From the NCBI RefSeq assembly GCF_006345805.1, contig NW_021832430.1, positions 62,001 through 126,000 on the forward strand: a DNA stretch of 64,000 nucleotides, read 5' to 3'. Shown here one piece after another: positions 49,912 to 62,226 of this stretch. The notes below the pieces were generated by a model. It was not told the origin of the DNA. It was given only the letters and a program-made list of their open reading frames with translations, and did no database searches. Numbering within the stretch: position 1 is the stretch's first letter; each line of letters begins with the position of its first letter. The stretch is from Octopus sinensis (lineage: Eukaryota). A program made the position numbers and the translations under genes.

Positions 49912-52564
49912 TTAAAAATTTGTATCCAGAAAAGTGAGTACGCTACAGTACATGTGTAGAAGGGACCCCAAATCATGTCCATCGCCAGGTCGAACTTAAA
50001 AATGAGATAAAAATCGTACATGAAAATGATAAGAAATGTTACATTTATTGAGTTGTGAACATAGTTGAGCTACATGTTCAAAATGAACATTCGAGTCAAG
50101 CAATCCGTGGGAAATAAACAGCCGCCCAGGTCTAAATGTTCACCAAAGAGTAAACTCGTTAGGAAATTTATTATATCTCGACAACGGTGAACACTTAGAG
50201 TAAACAGAAGACGCATTTATTCCCAGATATCTCTCAGTATAGACAGCGTTATACAGCGCCCAACATGATACTGGGGAAACAGCCACAGCTGCTTTAAATA
50301 GATCGGGATAATTCAACAACCCCAACAATGCAAGATAGCCTCCTTGCGAAATATTTCCGAAATACAAACCATAAGATGTTCCAAAAATTGCAACTCGAGA
50401 CAAATCAATAAAATTTTCCATTTGATTTAAAACTCGAAGACCTTCTACCTGATCCTTCAATTCGAAGTTACCCTAAAAGTCACCATATTTATGTTTGACC
50501 AAATCACGGAAAATATATTGTTCAAAATCAAGTCCACGGTTGGCCGAGCCTCTCCCGTCCACGGAAACGGCAACATAGCCCTGATTGCAGAAAATTGAAT
50601 ATCTGATTAATAGCTCGAGGTAAACAAACATCATGTCGTAGCAACAGTGGTAGGAGTTGAAAATCGTCTGAACAGTCGGTCCTCCGTAGACCACAAGCAC
50701 AACTGGCAATTTTTCACACTTATCGCAGTCCATTGGAATGCAATAGTGTCCGTTGATAGTATAACCGTCGACATCAAACTCAAAAACATGTCGAAAAACT
50801 AGAAAAGATGTGAAAACATTTCCAAACAGTTGTGGCGAACGTCAGAACAAAATATATCCACAAGTCGACGTACCCCGATTACCAGATCCACCGAAAATAT
50901 GGAGACTCGTACCCTCGAAGCAACATTAGAATACAAGTCCACAAATTTGGAACAATCCTTCCATTTGAGCTAACAATGAAACCTTGTTGAGAAGGCAGAA
51001 ATGAGTGTAACCAGACCAACTAACAACTCGGGGATCACAGCAAGGCTCCCCAAGTCCGGCATCCACAGAACACCTTAAATGAAGGATGAGAAGTCATACA
51101 AATGTAGTTCCAATCCTGTCTCAAACGAAGCAGTGAAAAATATACGTCCTCTAGCAATATTAATCTGATTGGATTAACAAACAAACCTCGGATTCTGCAA
51201 TACAATTCCATTTCCCGGTGGTTAAAAAACGACAGGAAACAATTTTATCCGAGAACCGACCTGATCCTGAACTCAAATCCACCGTAATTATGTGTAGGTG
51301 ACGGAATCCTGCTGAATCAAACGACAGCGAGTAAAGTTCCAGACCAACAGACTCCCGACAAGTGAATGACGTGTCTTTCTAAACCAATTCGAGGACATGT
51401 GAGTACATATGTATATTTTTTGACTTCAGATATCCTTAAAGTTATCAAATAATCCGAAATATCGAGGTTTTCTTGATCTTTGAGCAAATAAATGTTCACA
51501 TCAAGAAGATATGTGACGAATACATTTTGTCTACGATTACACATATGAATCCACACACTAAAAAGTCATTCTGATAGTATTACTAGTCTCCAGAAGGACT
51601 GAACCCACAATCGACCAAATAAGTCCACTTTTTGAACACATTTCTTAGCGAATTTGGAGGCTCGTGAATATTTGAGATCACCTACGCTTTTAGATTTCCA
51701 CTTGTTTAACTTTTTTAGACAAAAAAGTGAATGAAATAAAAATAAGCCGAAATTCTGGGACTTTATCCCCTATGAGTAAATATGATTGATATACCGGGCT
51801 TGAAATATGAGTGAAGGCCATCGAGGAGGCCTGACTGACTGCTGTTGTACACCGGGATTCCGAAATCGTTGTAGACCTCTGCCAAGACAAATCCTTCATA
51901 TATCCCGTCTCCATCTGGAAAGGATTATTTATGATTAGGCTAACGGGGGATTGTTTTGGGAGACCACCAATATCCAGATGAACGGGAAAATTCGTCTTTT
52001 ATAATTTCATGGGGGCCGAAATTGTCGGGATGTACTGTTAGGTGACATAAAGTCTGTCCAATAAAAGTGTCGAGTAAATAAAAGTCCTTTGTTGTGACCA
52101 AAGACAAGATGGAGTGTGAAAATGGGCAGATTTTTAAAGATTTAAAATTATAGGTATTTTTAATATAAATACAATTTAAATTTTCCTAAAAAATAATTTC
52201 AATTTAAAAATACGGAATCAATTTGAAAAATCCTTTGACATCTTGTGACGCAGTAAATAAATCTAAGATCCTCACTGCCCAAAAAATAAGAAATATAAAC
52301 CAATTCTCCGACTAAACCCCTTTGAGTCAGTTAAGAAACATACCCCAGAGTATCAGGACTAATAACAACTTTAGTCTGCTTGTTATTCTTAGCATCAAAA
52401 TCAGCACACGTAAAGTTAATTAGGCCGGTTTTGGAGTTTCTATTCAGGTAGAATACTCGGTCGTGATTATCGGATGTTGTGGTAAAGACAAGGTTGTAGG
52501 GAGCATCAAAATTGGGTTTTATAGACTTTTTGACATTATTTTTTATCACTGAATATTTATACAT
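49912..52564 (-). CDS. Dipeptidyl peptidase 8/9-like (S9B)
   Basis: EIIKDEFSRSSGYWWSP, LPVVLVVYGGP.VQ, DGRGSANRGLDFE, DQVEGL, IDLSRVAIFGTSYG|GYL (Ser), HGLLDSNVHFEH (Asp), PGDGH (His). Confidence 0.9.
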
Positions 52565-52662
52565 TTAATAACATAAATATAATTCTGTAAAATAAAATTT
52601 ATATATTTAAAAAAATATTAAAATAAAAAAATTTAAACAAATTAATACCTAGTGGGTTATAA
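52565..52662. promoter_or_regulatory. Candidate 98-bp bidirectional promoter (DPP8/9 and ASH2L)
   Basis: Divergent ATGs at 52564 and 52663 separated by an almost pure A/T spacer; no TSS data. Confidence 0.45.
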
Positions 52663-54624
52663 ATGAACCATAGTCAAGAAGAGCGAGTAATTTGTGACCT
52701 ATCCGACATAATGAACGTCGAAACTGAAATCAACGAAAAGACATGCTACTGGTGACTTCCCCACATAACCATCTCAGTGGGGGAAGCCGGCGACATTCCG
52801 AGGTGGAGGTTTACTGTTCCAAATGTGCCTGGTGGTACCACTCCTCTTGTGTCACCAAAAACGTGTCAATCATGACTCCTTTTTCAACTAACTACAATTT
52901 TGTATGCAAGAATTGTTCTGCTGATAATATCGAGCATTTTAGTAGAAAAGAACCAGGTTTGATTGTTTTTATAATTCAAAGGTGTCGTACAAATGTGCCA
53001 CACTGTCTTGGCTAACCTTCTTTATTTGAATTCCAAGTCTACGGACAGGAGAGAATATTATCATGTGGAATTGGTACAGAGGATGTGCTAAGATGGCAGG
53101 ATATTGTCCCTTTTATGGAGTCACATTGGAATGGCCTGACGACGATTCAAAAAATGCCAGTTTCCTCGTGGAAGCCACTTGTTCATAATACATTAGTAAG
53201 TGTCACACATCAACAATGTGATATTTAAATATTTATTTAATAATATATTTTTATAATTAAAGATCAAAAATCGAGATTTATTTATTCCAAGTAATTCTGC
53301 ATATTTAAAATCTTGTTGTCAACTTAACGAAGATATTCCCATGTTCTTCACTCTCTGCTCTCAGGTGAGGCATTGTGGATTACTGGCAGTACCTCAGTAC
53401 AATTTCTCCGCAAATGTTCACCAATAAAAGCATGGAATACCTATCCTCTACCACGGAGAACTGTATTTGTATATTTATATTAATTAAGTGAATAAGAAGG
53501 TTCAGAATAAGAGAGGACAGGCCACGGATTCGAATACTATCAAAAATCGAGTAAAAAAGTATAGTCCTTCACTACCCCGAGGGAACATCCTGTCAAACTC
53601 TATTCCGACGGATATCCGTTAGAACACACGTTCAACCGGGAAGGATATTTCTGGCACTACGCTCAGCCTGACCCATTCGCGCCTTTCCAGTCTCAATTCC
53701 AGGAATGTTTAGAAGGCACCAGTAATAATCCAATTCCCGCCTTTTTGTACCGTGCTTGGCTTCCCGCCAAAGTGCATTTGTCATATGTGGATCGAGGTAC
53801 AACGTGGGTATTCACTATTAGCCCACCAATTGAAACTGGGGGATAATTTGATGGAGGTTACTGGACTGAAGGGGTACTCCATGGTGCGGGCTACTCACGG
53901 AATTTCCCACGGCACGTGGTATTGGGAATGCAAGTTTACTTCCCGCCCTAAGGACGCCCATGTCAGAATCGGATTTTCCCGCCTTTTCTGTATGTATTTA
54001 AGAATATTGGTAAGCGACTACTCAGGCACCGTGTGGTTACGACGAATTGAGTTATTCGTGGAGATCACGGAAGGGGACTGTTTTCCACAACAGTCGAGGG
54101 AGACACTTTTCAGGGGAATACGGCGAGGGGGATGTCCTCGGGTTTATGATTCACATGCCCTCTTTCGACTATGCTTTCCCCGAGTCATTAAAATCGAAGG
54201 TTTGTTGTATTTTTAATTTGTAGGCGTTGATGCGTTATCGAGGGAGTTATTATTTTGAGGAGATTGTGGACGTCCCCAAGTTAAAGCAGTCCACTAAACC
54301 CTGCGAGGGGTCATATGTAGGTCACAGGAGTCTACTTTAGATTGAGTTTTTTAAAAATGGTGTGAGTCAAGGAGTTGGGTTTGTCGATATTTTTGAAGGG
54401 AAGTATTTCCCGACGGTCTCTTTGTACAGGGATGCCTCAGTCGCCGTCAATTTTGGTCCTTGCTTTAGTGCTGTGCCACAAACGGATACGGTCTTTAGTC
54501 CGGTTTTGGTTTGTTTTATTGGCAGTTTAGTGATGTGGTGAGTTATGCCAATGTGGAATCTGTGTTGGCCGATGCTGTGTTTTTTACTGAGAATATGGAC
54601 AAATTAACTGATTCTTTGAACTAA
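52663..54624 (+). CDS. ASH2L: Set1/Ash2 (COMPASS) subunit ASH2
   Basis: PHD-like C..C..W.H..C...PF.TNY.FVC..C, GYPLEHTFNREGY, SPRY domain DRAHQLKL..KGYSMVRATHG...GTWYWE..R.GFS, FFKNGVSQGV.F.DIFEG.YFP.VSLY...V.VNFGP.F. Confidence 0.93.
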
Positions 54625-54819
54625 TAATTTGTTGAGTTTTTTAAATGATTGTGTTTCTTCTCAGACTAGATATATCACTGCAAACGACGTAAACAGTGTA
54701 AAAATTGTTATCGTCGATTAAATTTGAAAAATTAATTAAAATAGTTAAATTATTTATTGTTTTTGTTGATTGAAAGTATAAAAAATATATATTTAGCGGC
54801 ATTACTATCTATCTTTGTG

Positions 54820-57800
54820 ATGGACGAACTACAAGAATTTGATTGTGAAAAAATAAGCGAAATCGAGTCTTTAGGCAATAAATGTCCAAATTAAAATTGT
54901 AGGAATAATTGAAGTTGAGGACGACATATCTGCAGTGCAGAATCTAGCATCAATTCCCGCTACGTAATCGACTACTTGACATTAGAAAACTTCAAATCCT
55001 ATGCAGGGGTCACCAAACTCGGCCCATTTCATAATGTAGGCTAATTTCACATCAATCATAGAACTTTTCGTGCATTGTGGGTCCGAACGGCAGTGGCAAG
55101 TCCAACATAATTGACGCCATTCTGTTCGTGTTCGGTTTCCGTGCACACAAAATACGTTCAAAGACTCTGGCTGTCCATAAAAGTTCAAATTTTCCCCACC
55201 TCAAACACTGTTCGGTCTCCGTGGTCTTTAAACGTGTGGAAATAGACACCGAATCTCCCACCAAACAAGTGATTGCTCATAATCTATTGAAGGAGGACAC
55301 TTTTGTACTTTGACGGACTGTTCAGAATGACGGGACCTCGACTTATTATTTCAACGATGAGAAAGTGACGGCTCGCGATGTTATTTGGAGACTAAAAAGT
55401 TACGGAATCGGCATTCAGAACAACAGATTTTTAATTCTTCAGGTGACGGATGATTGTTTAGCAGTTGGTAGGGAGAAGTGGAGCAGATTGCGATGATGAA
55501 GCCAATATCCTCCAGTGATGAGGGGATGTTGGAGTACCTTGAGGACATTATTGGGACTATTCGCTACAAAAGAGTGATCGATGTGTACCAAAGTCGTATC
55601 AGGATGCTCGGTCTTCATGGTTTTGGATTCAAAACATGTTTTAGCTTGTTAAGATCAAGCATTCGGAAGCTGAGAAGAACGAGCTCAGAGAAGCTCGGGA
55701 CGAGGCGATTTATTTTCTTCAACTTTTAAATCAACTGGCCATTTGGAAGAACAAGTTGTTTTCAAAACATATGTATGTGCATTTAATTGTATTAATTGAT
55801 AATATAATTTGAAAATATATATATTGGTGTATAATATTTATTATTAAGATTTTTACAAATTATTGTTTTTTAGATTTGTTTTGAAAAAACAAATATCTGA
55901 TGATGATTCGAAAGTAAAGATGGCAAAGAAAGAGCTCGAAGAATGCGAAGAAAATCTTCAAAAATTCTATGAATTGAAGGACACAAAGACCAAGGAGTAT
56001 GCCGAATTAAAAAAGTGTGTTTTCAAATCATTTGAAGGGAATTTAAAAAAATAAACAAAATTGGCGAAGACGCGAGACAAAAGTTCAAAAAACTGGAATA
56101 TTTGGACATTCGTGTCAGAGAAGACCAGAAAATATGCAAAAGCAATTTGAAGAATGTTAAAGACTCTGTTGAAGCAGAGAAAACATCAGTTTACCTTAAC
56201 GAGTCAATCTTTATTCATAGATCGATGAATGTCTCAGGAAAATCCCCCAAATAAAAGAAAAGCAGCAGGAATTGAACAGTCACGTTGTAAAACTGAACGA
56301 AAATTACGAAAAACACAACAAAAACTTTCAAGCAGTACTCGAAACACTCAAAACGATAACCAAAGTTTAATTCAAGTATTAATTGCCAGCCAATTCAAAT
56401 CAAAATTCAACGACAGGAGCAGACTATGAGTGAATTGGAGAGCAAGGCTGACAAGGCCAAGCACAATGTACTATACTGGCTAATGTTAGTTTGAAATTGC
56501 CGAATCAGAATTTAATTTTTACAAAAGTGAGACTGACTCGGCAGAAAATAAAGTCGAGTCAATCCAGGCTCAACTCAATGAGTTCAAAGAGTCACTGATT
56601 TCCAAAAAAACGTAGATGGATTGTTTATTGTAGTCTTTATTCCGAAAATCTTGAAAAGCTGCCACAAATCACGACTGAAATCGAATCTATGAAGAAATCG
56701 CTAAAGGAAACAACCTCAAAGGTGGACTCGATTGGGAAAAAGGTATATTTGTGAGTAATTCCAAGATTGCCAACACGAGAGAAAATGTGGAAGAGATGAG
56801 GTCACATTCGTCGGCAAACAAGAGCAAGGGGGCGATAATGAAGACTTTGATGGAAGAAAAGAAGAACGGGACGCTGAAAGGAGTGATTGGACGATTTGTA
56901 TTGACGGACGAATATGTTTAGGGAGATTTGGGGGTCATTGACACAAAATATGATGTGGCTATATCCACGGCCTGTTCAAGACTGGATAATATTCTCGTTG
57001 AGGATCTCGACACCGCAGAAAGGGCAATTCAGTTGTTAAAATCACGGAATCTTGGATCGGCGACTTTTGTGGCCTTGGAGATTATAAGCAAATTAAAGGC
57101 TGAGAGTTCAAAGAGAGTGAAAGTGTAGTTTTGTGGCCAATCATTGTATTTAGGCCGGAAGGGTCGCAGAGGCTGTTTGACCTGATTACACCAACAGAAG
57201 AACGGTTCTCCGTCGCCTTTTTCTTTGCAATTGGAAACACGTTGGTGACAGATAACATCGACAAGGCATCTTCCGTGGCATTCGGAAGTGTTCGTTACCG
57301 GGTAGTGACCCTGGATGGACAACTAATAGAAACATCTGGTAGATTGTGTCTCTTAATCGATATAGGAACATTGAGTGGTGGTGGAAATAGAAGATTGAGT
57401 AACAAAATGGGATTATCGTCGGTTGACTACCAAAAAGGAGTCAATTCGAGTACATTGTTGATTTCCGAGCAGAAACTGGAGACTGTATGATATAAAATGA
57501 CAATTCTTAGTTGATGAAGGAGATGGGAGATCTGGAAGTTCAAAGACAGACTATTTCGGATAGTTTGGATAGACTGGGGACCGATAAGAGAAGAACTGAA
57601 CACGTGTTGGAAAGACTTAAATTGGAGATTCGAGTTGTCGTGGATGTTTGATTTTAAGGGTTGTGAAGAGAACATGTCTTTATGTCAAAAAAAGTTGGAA
57701 GGACTAAAAAAGAAAGCATCTCAGGTGATCGTCGACACCAAGGCTGTGGGCCAATATGAGAAGCGCCTGCAGCAGTGTCGATTAGAAAGGGACTCGACTA

Positions 57801-59176
57801 AGGGTTTGGCAGACAAGCAAAAGTCGGTGGTGGAGAAGTTGTACGCTGAACTGAGCGAGGCCAGAGGAACACGATTCGTGGAAGCTCAGAAATGCCTTGA
57901 TGAAGCCACCACCAAATTGAATTCAGTCAACTCCGAAATTGGTCGTCTTTCAGTAGAACTTCGTCGATATGACATGTTTGGCTGATTCGAATGACTGGCA
58001 GGCATTACAACAAGTCTTCGGAAAGAATGGGCAGTCTGGAGGCTGAGAGGACTAAGTTGGAGGAACGATTGGAACAGATTCAGAAGGAAATCAGCGACAT
58101 TGACTCGCAGGCATCGGAATTGATCATGTCGAACAAGGAGGCGACTGTATGTTCAGATTGACTATTTCAGGAAAATGCAGTCAGTTTGGGAAATACTCTC
58201 AAGTCACTCGAGTCGGAAATAGATGGAATGCGTTCTGAGGAACAAGACCTTCGCCGGTCGAAAATAGCATTGGATGAGAAATTTGAAATGATCAGTCACC
58301 AGTTAAAAGACTGTATGGAGAAAGTGAGCATTGGACCCAACAAGTACTCATTTGTTTTGATTATATATTTAGCGCGATAAACTTACATTGAAAGAAGTGG
58401 ACGGAGTCACGGCAGAGATGCCCCAATTGTCTGACGAGGATTTGGAAGGAATGGTGGTCGGGAAGTTGGACTCGAAAATAAAGGAGATAGAAAAGGAGCA
58501 AAAGACCTTGAATCCGAACATGGCAGCCATTGAGGATTACAAGGAAAAGGTGTGAATTTGGGTATATTTGTGAGGAGGAGCAATATTTGCGACAAGTGGA
58601 TGTGATGGAGAGGATTACCAAAGTCCGGGACCAACAGCACGGTTACTTGGAAAAAACCAAAAAGTTGAGGTTGAAGGAGTTCACTGCTGGATTTGAAGAA
58701 ATTTCCCTTAAACTAAAAGAGATGTACCAAATGATCACATTGGGCGGGGACGCCGAGTTGGAGTTGGTGGATTCACTCAATCCATTCTCTGAGGGAGTCA
58801 TTTTCAGGTGAACTGTCGTGGGAGTATATCTGACAGTGTGCGACCACCAAGGAAGACGTGGAAAAATATATCAAATTTGAGCGGAGGAGAGAAGACAATG
58901 AGCAGTCTGGCTCTGGTGTTTGCACTTCATCACTATAAGCCATCCCCTTTGTATGTAATGGATGAAATTGACGCTGCCTTGGACTATCGGAACGTGTCCA
59001 TTATTGCACATTATATTAAAGTCTGATTGATTTATTATTTTTAGAAATGGACGTCAAATGCCCAGTTTGTCGTGATCTCACTGCGATCTCACATGTTTGA
59101 ACTAAGTGATCGACTGGTCGGGGTGTATAAAAACAATGATTGCACATGTACTGTTTTGTTCCATCCTCATAACTGA
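54820..59176 (+). CDS. SMC4: Condensin subunit SMC4
   Basis: ENFKSYAG, Walker [44 protein letters not shown], hinge [45 protein letters not shown], Walker [13 protein letters not shown]; about 25 micro-introns. Confidence 0.96.
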
Positions 59177-60332
59177 TTTTTTGCTTAATCTTTATTTAAA
59201 TTGACTTGTGAACTATCAAGTGGGATAGGGCTTATTTGCTATTAACGTTTTGTTTTAGATATCGATTGTTAGTGAAGAAATTAATGGTTATTGCCGTTAT
59301 TAGTTTTTGCGTGAGCACAATTTGTAGTTGATTTGTAAAATACACTATCATATTTGTGATTCTTTTTGAGTAATCTTTTTTGAAAAGTTGTGCATAGACG
59401 AAAATTGTTGAAATTGGTTATCAAATTCCTGGTGTTTTTAATTTTATTATTCACCATTTTTTAAAAAGTGAATTGTACTATATATTATCTGAATTTTTTT
59501 CCGATTCCAAATATTGATTATATATTTTAGCTTTTGCATTTTTAAATAATTTTGATAACATAGACACTAGATTAGTTTTTTTCTTTAATCACTTAGATTT
59601 CCATTTTTTTATTTTGTAGAGCAAATGATAATTTTTTCAGCCAAGTTTGATTTACGTTTTTTTACAATTTTTAATAAAAAAATTTATGATTAGACTAATT
59701 TTGTGAATATATCTTTAAAATATTTATTCTTTTACAAAAAATAATTTACAGGACTTAAGCTATTTTCCTATCACATCCGTCTCATTGGTGACTTTAAAGT
59801 GTTATACTATAAATTCCTTTAATAAAAACGGTCTTTTTAATTCTTAAAACTTAAAAAGACTGGATGAAAATTTTGTGAGTTTCTCAAAAAATATCTTTTG
59901 ATATAGAAAGTAATTATAGAGTCACGGTTTCTTTCTCATCAAAACTTCTTTATATAACTGTATAACAAAATTACCTTTGTATTTGAAAATATATCGAACT
60001 GAGCCCTGCTTAGTCAATTTTAACATACCTAACAATCAGTTTCTTACAATATTAAATCAAATTAAACGTTAACGACAGGAATAACATGAGTTGACATAAA
60101 TAGGTGATTATGAACATTAAGTTTACTTTTATTGTACAATACAGGAAAAGTTAATGGATAGATTTTATAAAACGCCAATTATTTTTAGTGCATGTCAATC
60201 AAACCATTGAGGTCCAACATAAATATCAGCAACAAAATATCTAACTAAAATACATGCATCCTAATTGAGTCTTAATTACATATCATTTCGCAAATTTATT
60301 AGTCAGTAAAAATTAAACCATATATACAAATG

Positions 60333-60741
60333 TTATAAATATGATTCATAAAATTTAATAACGAGTTCAGGGTACTCCAAGGATACCTGGGAAGCTAGAA
60401 CGAAATCAACCTCGATAGAGTGCTCCCTAAAAGCAATAAACATAATTAAATACCATTTCACGACAAACCAGAGCTTTTCATCTGCTTTAGTCATAGCCAA
60501 TATAGTCTCAATCTTATGGCCTGCCACTAATCGAGAGGAGAGATCTTGTTTTAAAAATTTTGATTCATATTTGGAAATCAATTCTGGACAAAATAAATTG
60601 TTTTCTGGTTCCCAAGTTTCTCTAAAATGATGTAAAAATTAACTTGTTAAAATCTTTCCATTTGATGAGATAATAATAAACCCCGCCATGTTGGACTCGG
60701 TCTAAAATTTTGTCCACCTCAAATTCAAGACTGTCGTCCAT
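60333..60741 (-). CDS. HP1/chromobox protein (chromo + chromoshadow), 119 aa
   Basis: FEVDKILD..YYLIKWKDF..ETWEPEKNL.CPELI..Y and IETIL.....L.F.VKW...D.V.A......PELVIKFYES. Removing introns 60622-60643 (22 nt) and 60427-60453 (27 nt) gives a 360-nt CDS. Confidence 0.9.
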
Positions 60742-60849
60742 TGTCTATAATTTAACCGTAAAACATGTACAACAACAAGTGGTTTATGAAATAATAGTTT
60801 TCCATTATTAAAAAACAACATTTAATTATTTTATTAAATTTTTTTAAGC

Positions 60850-61270
60850 ATGAAATGAATCGCAGCGCAGGCCGTTTTTCTTGCCACTCGGATATGGAAA
60901 GCGCCAGATGGCAGGACAACATTTCCCTTCGATCACAGGAAAGGCCTCATCTGGGACGTAACAAGCTCCGACAAATTCTCAGCACATAATCTGTTCTCGG
61001 CAGTTGCTGAGTCCGGTTTTACAAAACTTGTCCCTGGCCAGAAATCACAAAGAAATACTTGTTCATGGCTAGAAATCATACATTTGCACCAATAGCTGTT
61101 GAGATGTACGGAATCATTGACCCTGAATCGTTTTCTTTTCTTCGTCGGCTGGGGACGAAGATTGAAAGGCTAAATAAATATCCTAAAGAGACTTCACATC
61201 TTTACCATATAGTCTCGTTGTCAATCGTCTGATGGAACTGTCAGGCCATCTAATACACCGGCACTTTGAA
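60850..61270 (+). mobile_element. CRE-type 3' fragment, degenerate
   Basis: GKRQ.GTT.FPF..GKGLIWDVT..D, FAPIAVE.YG, VSLSIV.*NC. Confidence 0.75.
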
Positions 61271-61379
61271 ATAATTTTCGTCTATTTTTTATTGTCTGAA
61301 AAATGAAATGAATCAATCAGGAAGCAGGAGCTAAATAAATAAATCAACTAAGAAACAAAAAGGATATTCGAGAGGCCAA

Positions 61380-61760
61380 GGGTCAGCTCAACGAAGCCGC
61401 GCCGCGATTAAGTAGCAGTTTCCGCAGCACAGCAATCAAGATTCGCTTGGAAAGCCAGCTACTATTCCTCCGATCGTTAGTTTTCGTTAAAATTTTTTAA
61501 CCAATGTCAGGAGAAAGTTGAGTCGCAGCCTTTCCGTAGATTTTAGAGGTTTTGAAGAAGGGGCGTAAAAACTCGAGAGCGTCCGAAATCCACGCATATT
61601 TTGTAGCCTGAACACTGGCGGAAACCGCCGGTTTGCTGACTGTCTTTTGTTAACAGTCACAGAAAACGCGTCGACACAGGTGGCATTCAAAATCATTAAC
61701 TTTCTTTCTTTAAAGGGAGAGTTAGTCCCATCGGGACATTTTCCTTCACTTTTATTAAAT
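61380..61760 (-). mobile_element. CRE-type 3' fragment, degenerate
   Basis: GKCPDGT..PF...MILNATCVDAFS, SSWLSKRILIAVLRK; lies tail-to-tail with 60850-61270. Confidence 0.7.
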
Positions 61761-62226
61761 TGGAGTAAAAATTGGTTTTAATTTAGTCACTGCGAAACTG
61801 AATTGTCTATCTTGGACCCACACAAGAAAAAAAACAAGTAAGGATCAGACCACGGTTTTACCTAAGATTAACTAAAAATAAAACTCCTTTCTTAAAATAA
61901 AGTGTGTGTCCTACCTATGCGGAACTATAAAATACTATGGCTCTGCGAAAAAGGCTATATTGATTGAGTGATACAAATTAATTGAACTAAAAATATTTTT
62001 GGGAATCACCTAAAACTATTTCGAACATAAAAATGCGGAAGCATACATAATTACTGTCATGCCCCTACTATGAATATAATAACGAAGTGGCCAGAATAAA
62101 CCGAGCAATTTTACAGGGTTCTCGCAACGAATTGCTTTATTTTTATTTAATACAATTTACGCTTGATTTTGTAGTATTAATGACATTTAATTACTTTATT
62201 AATAAAATGTTAGAGATTACAATGAT

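Noticed and set aside
3423-59176. Apparent frameshifts and premature stops in conserved genes (recoding, alternative code or pseudogenes)
   Set aside because: The cases checked resolve as 22-30-nt GT-AG introns under the standard code. The first SMC4 intron was not resolved unambiguously.
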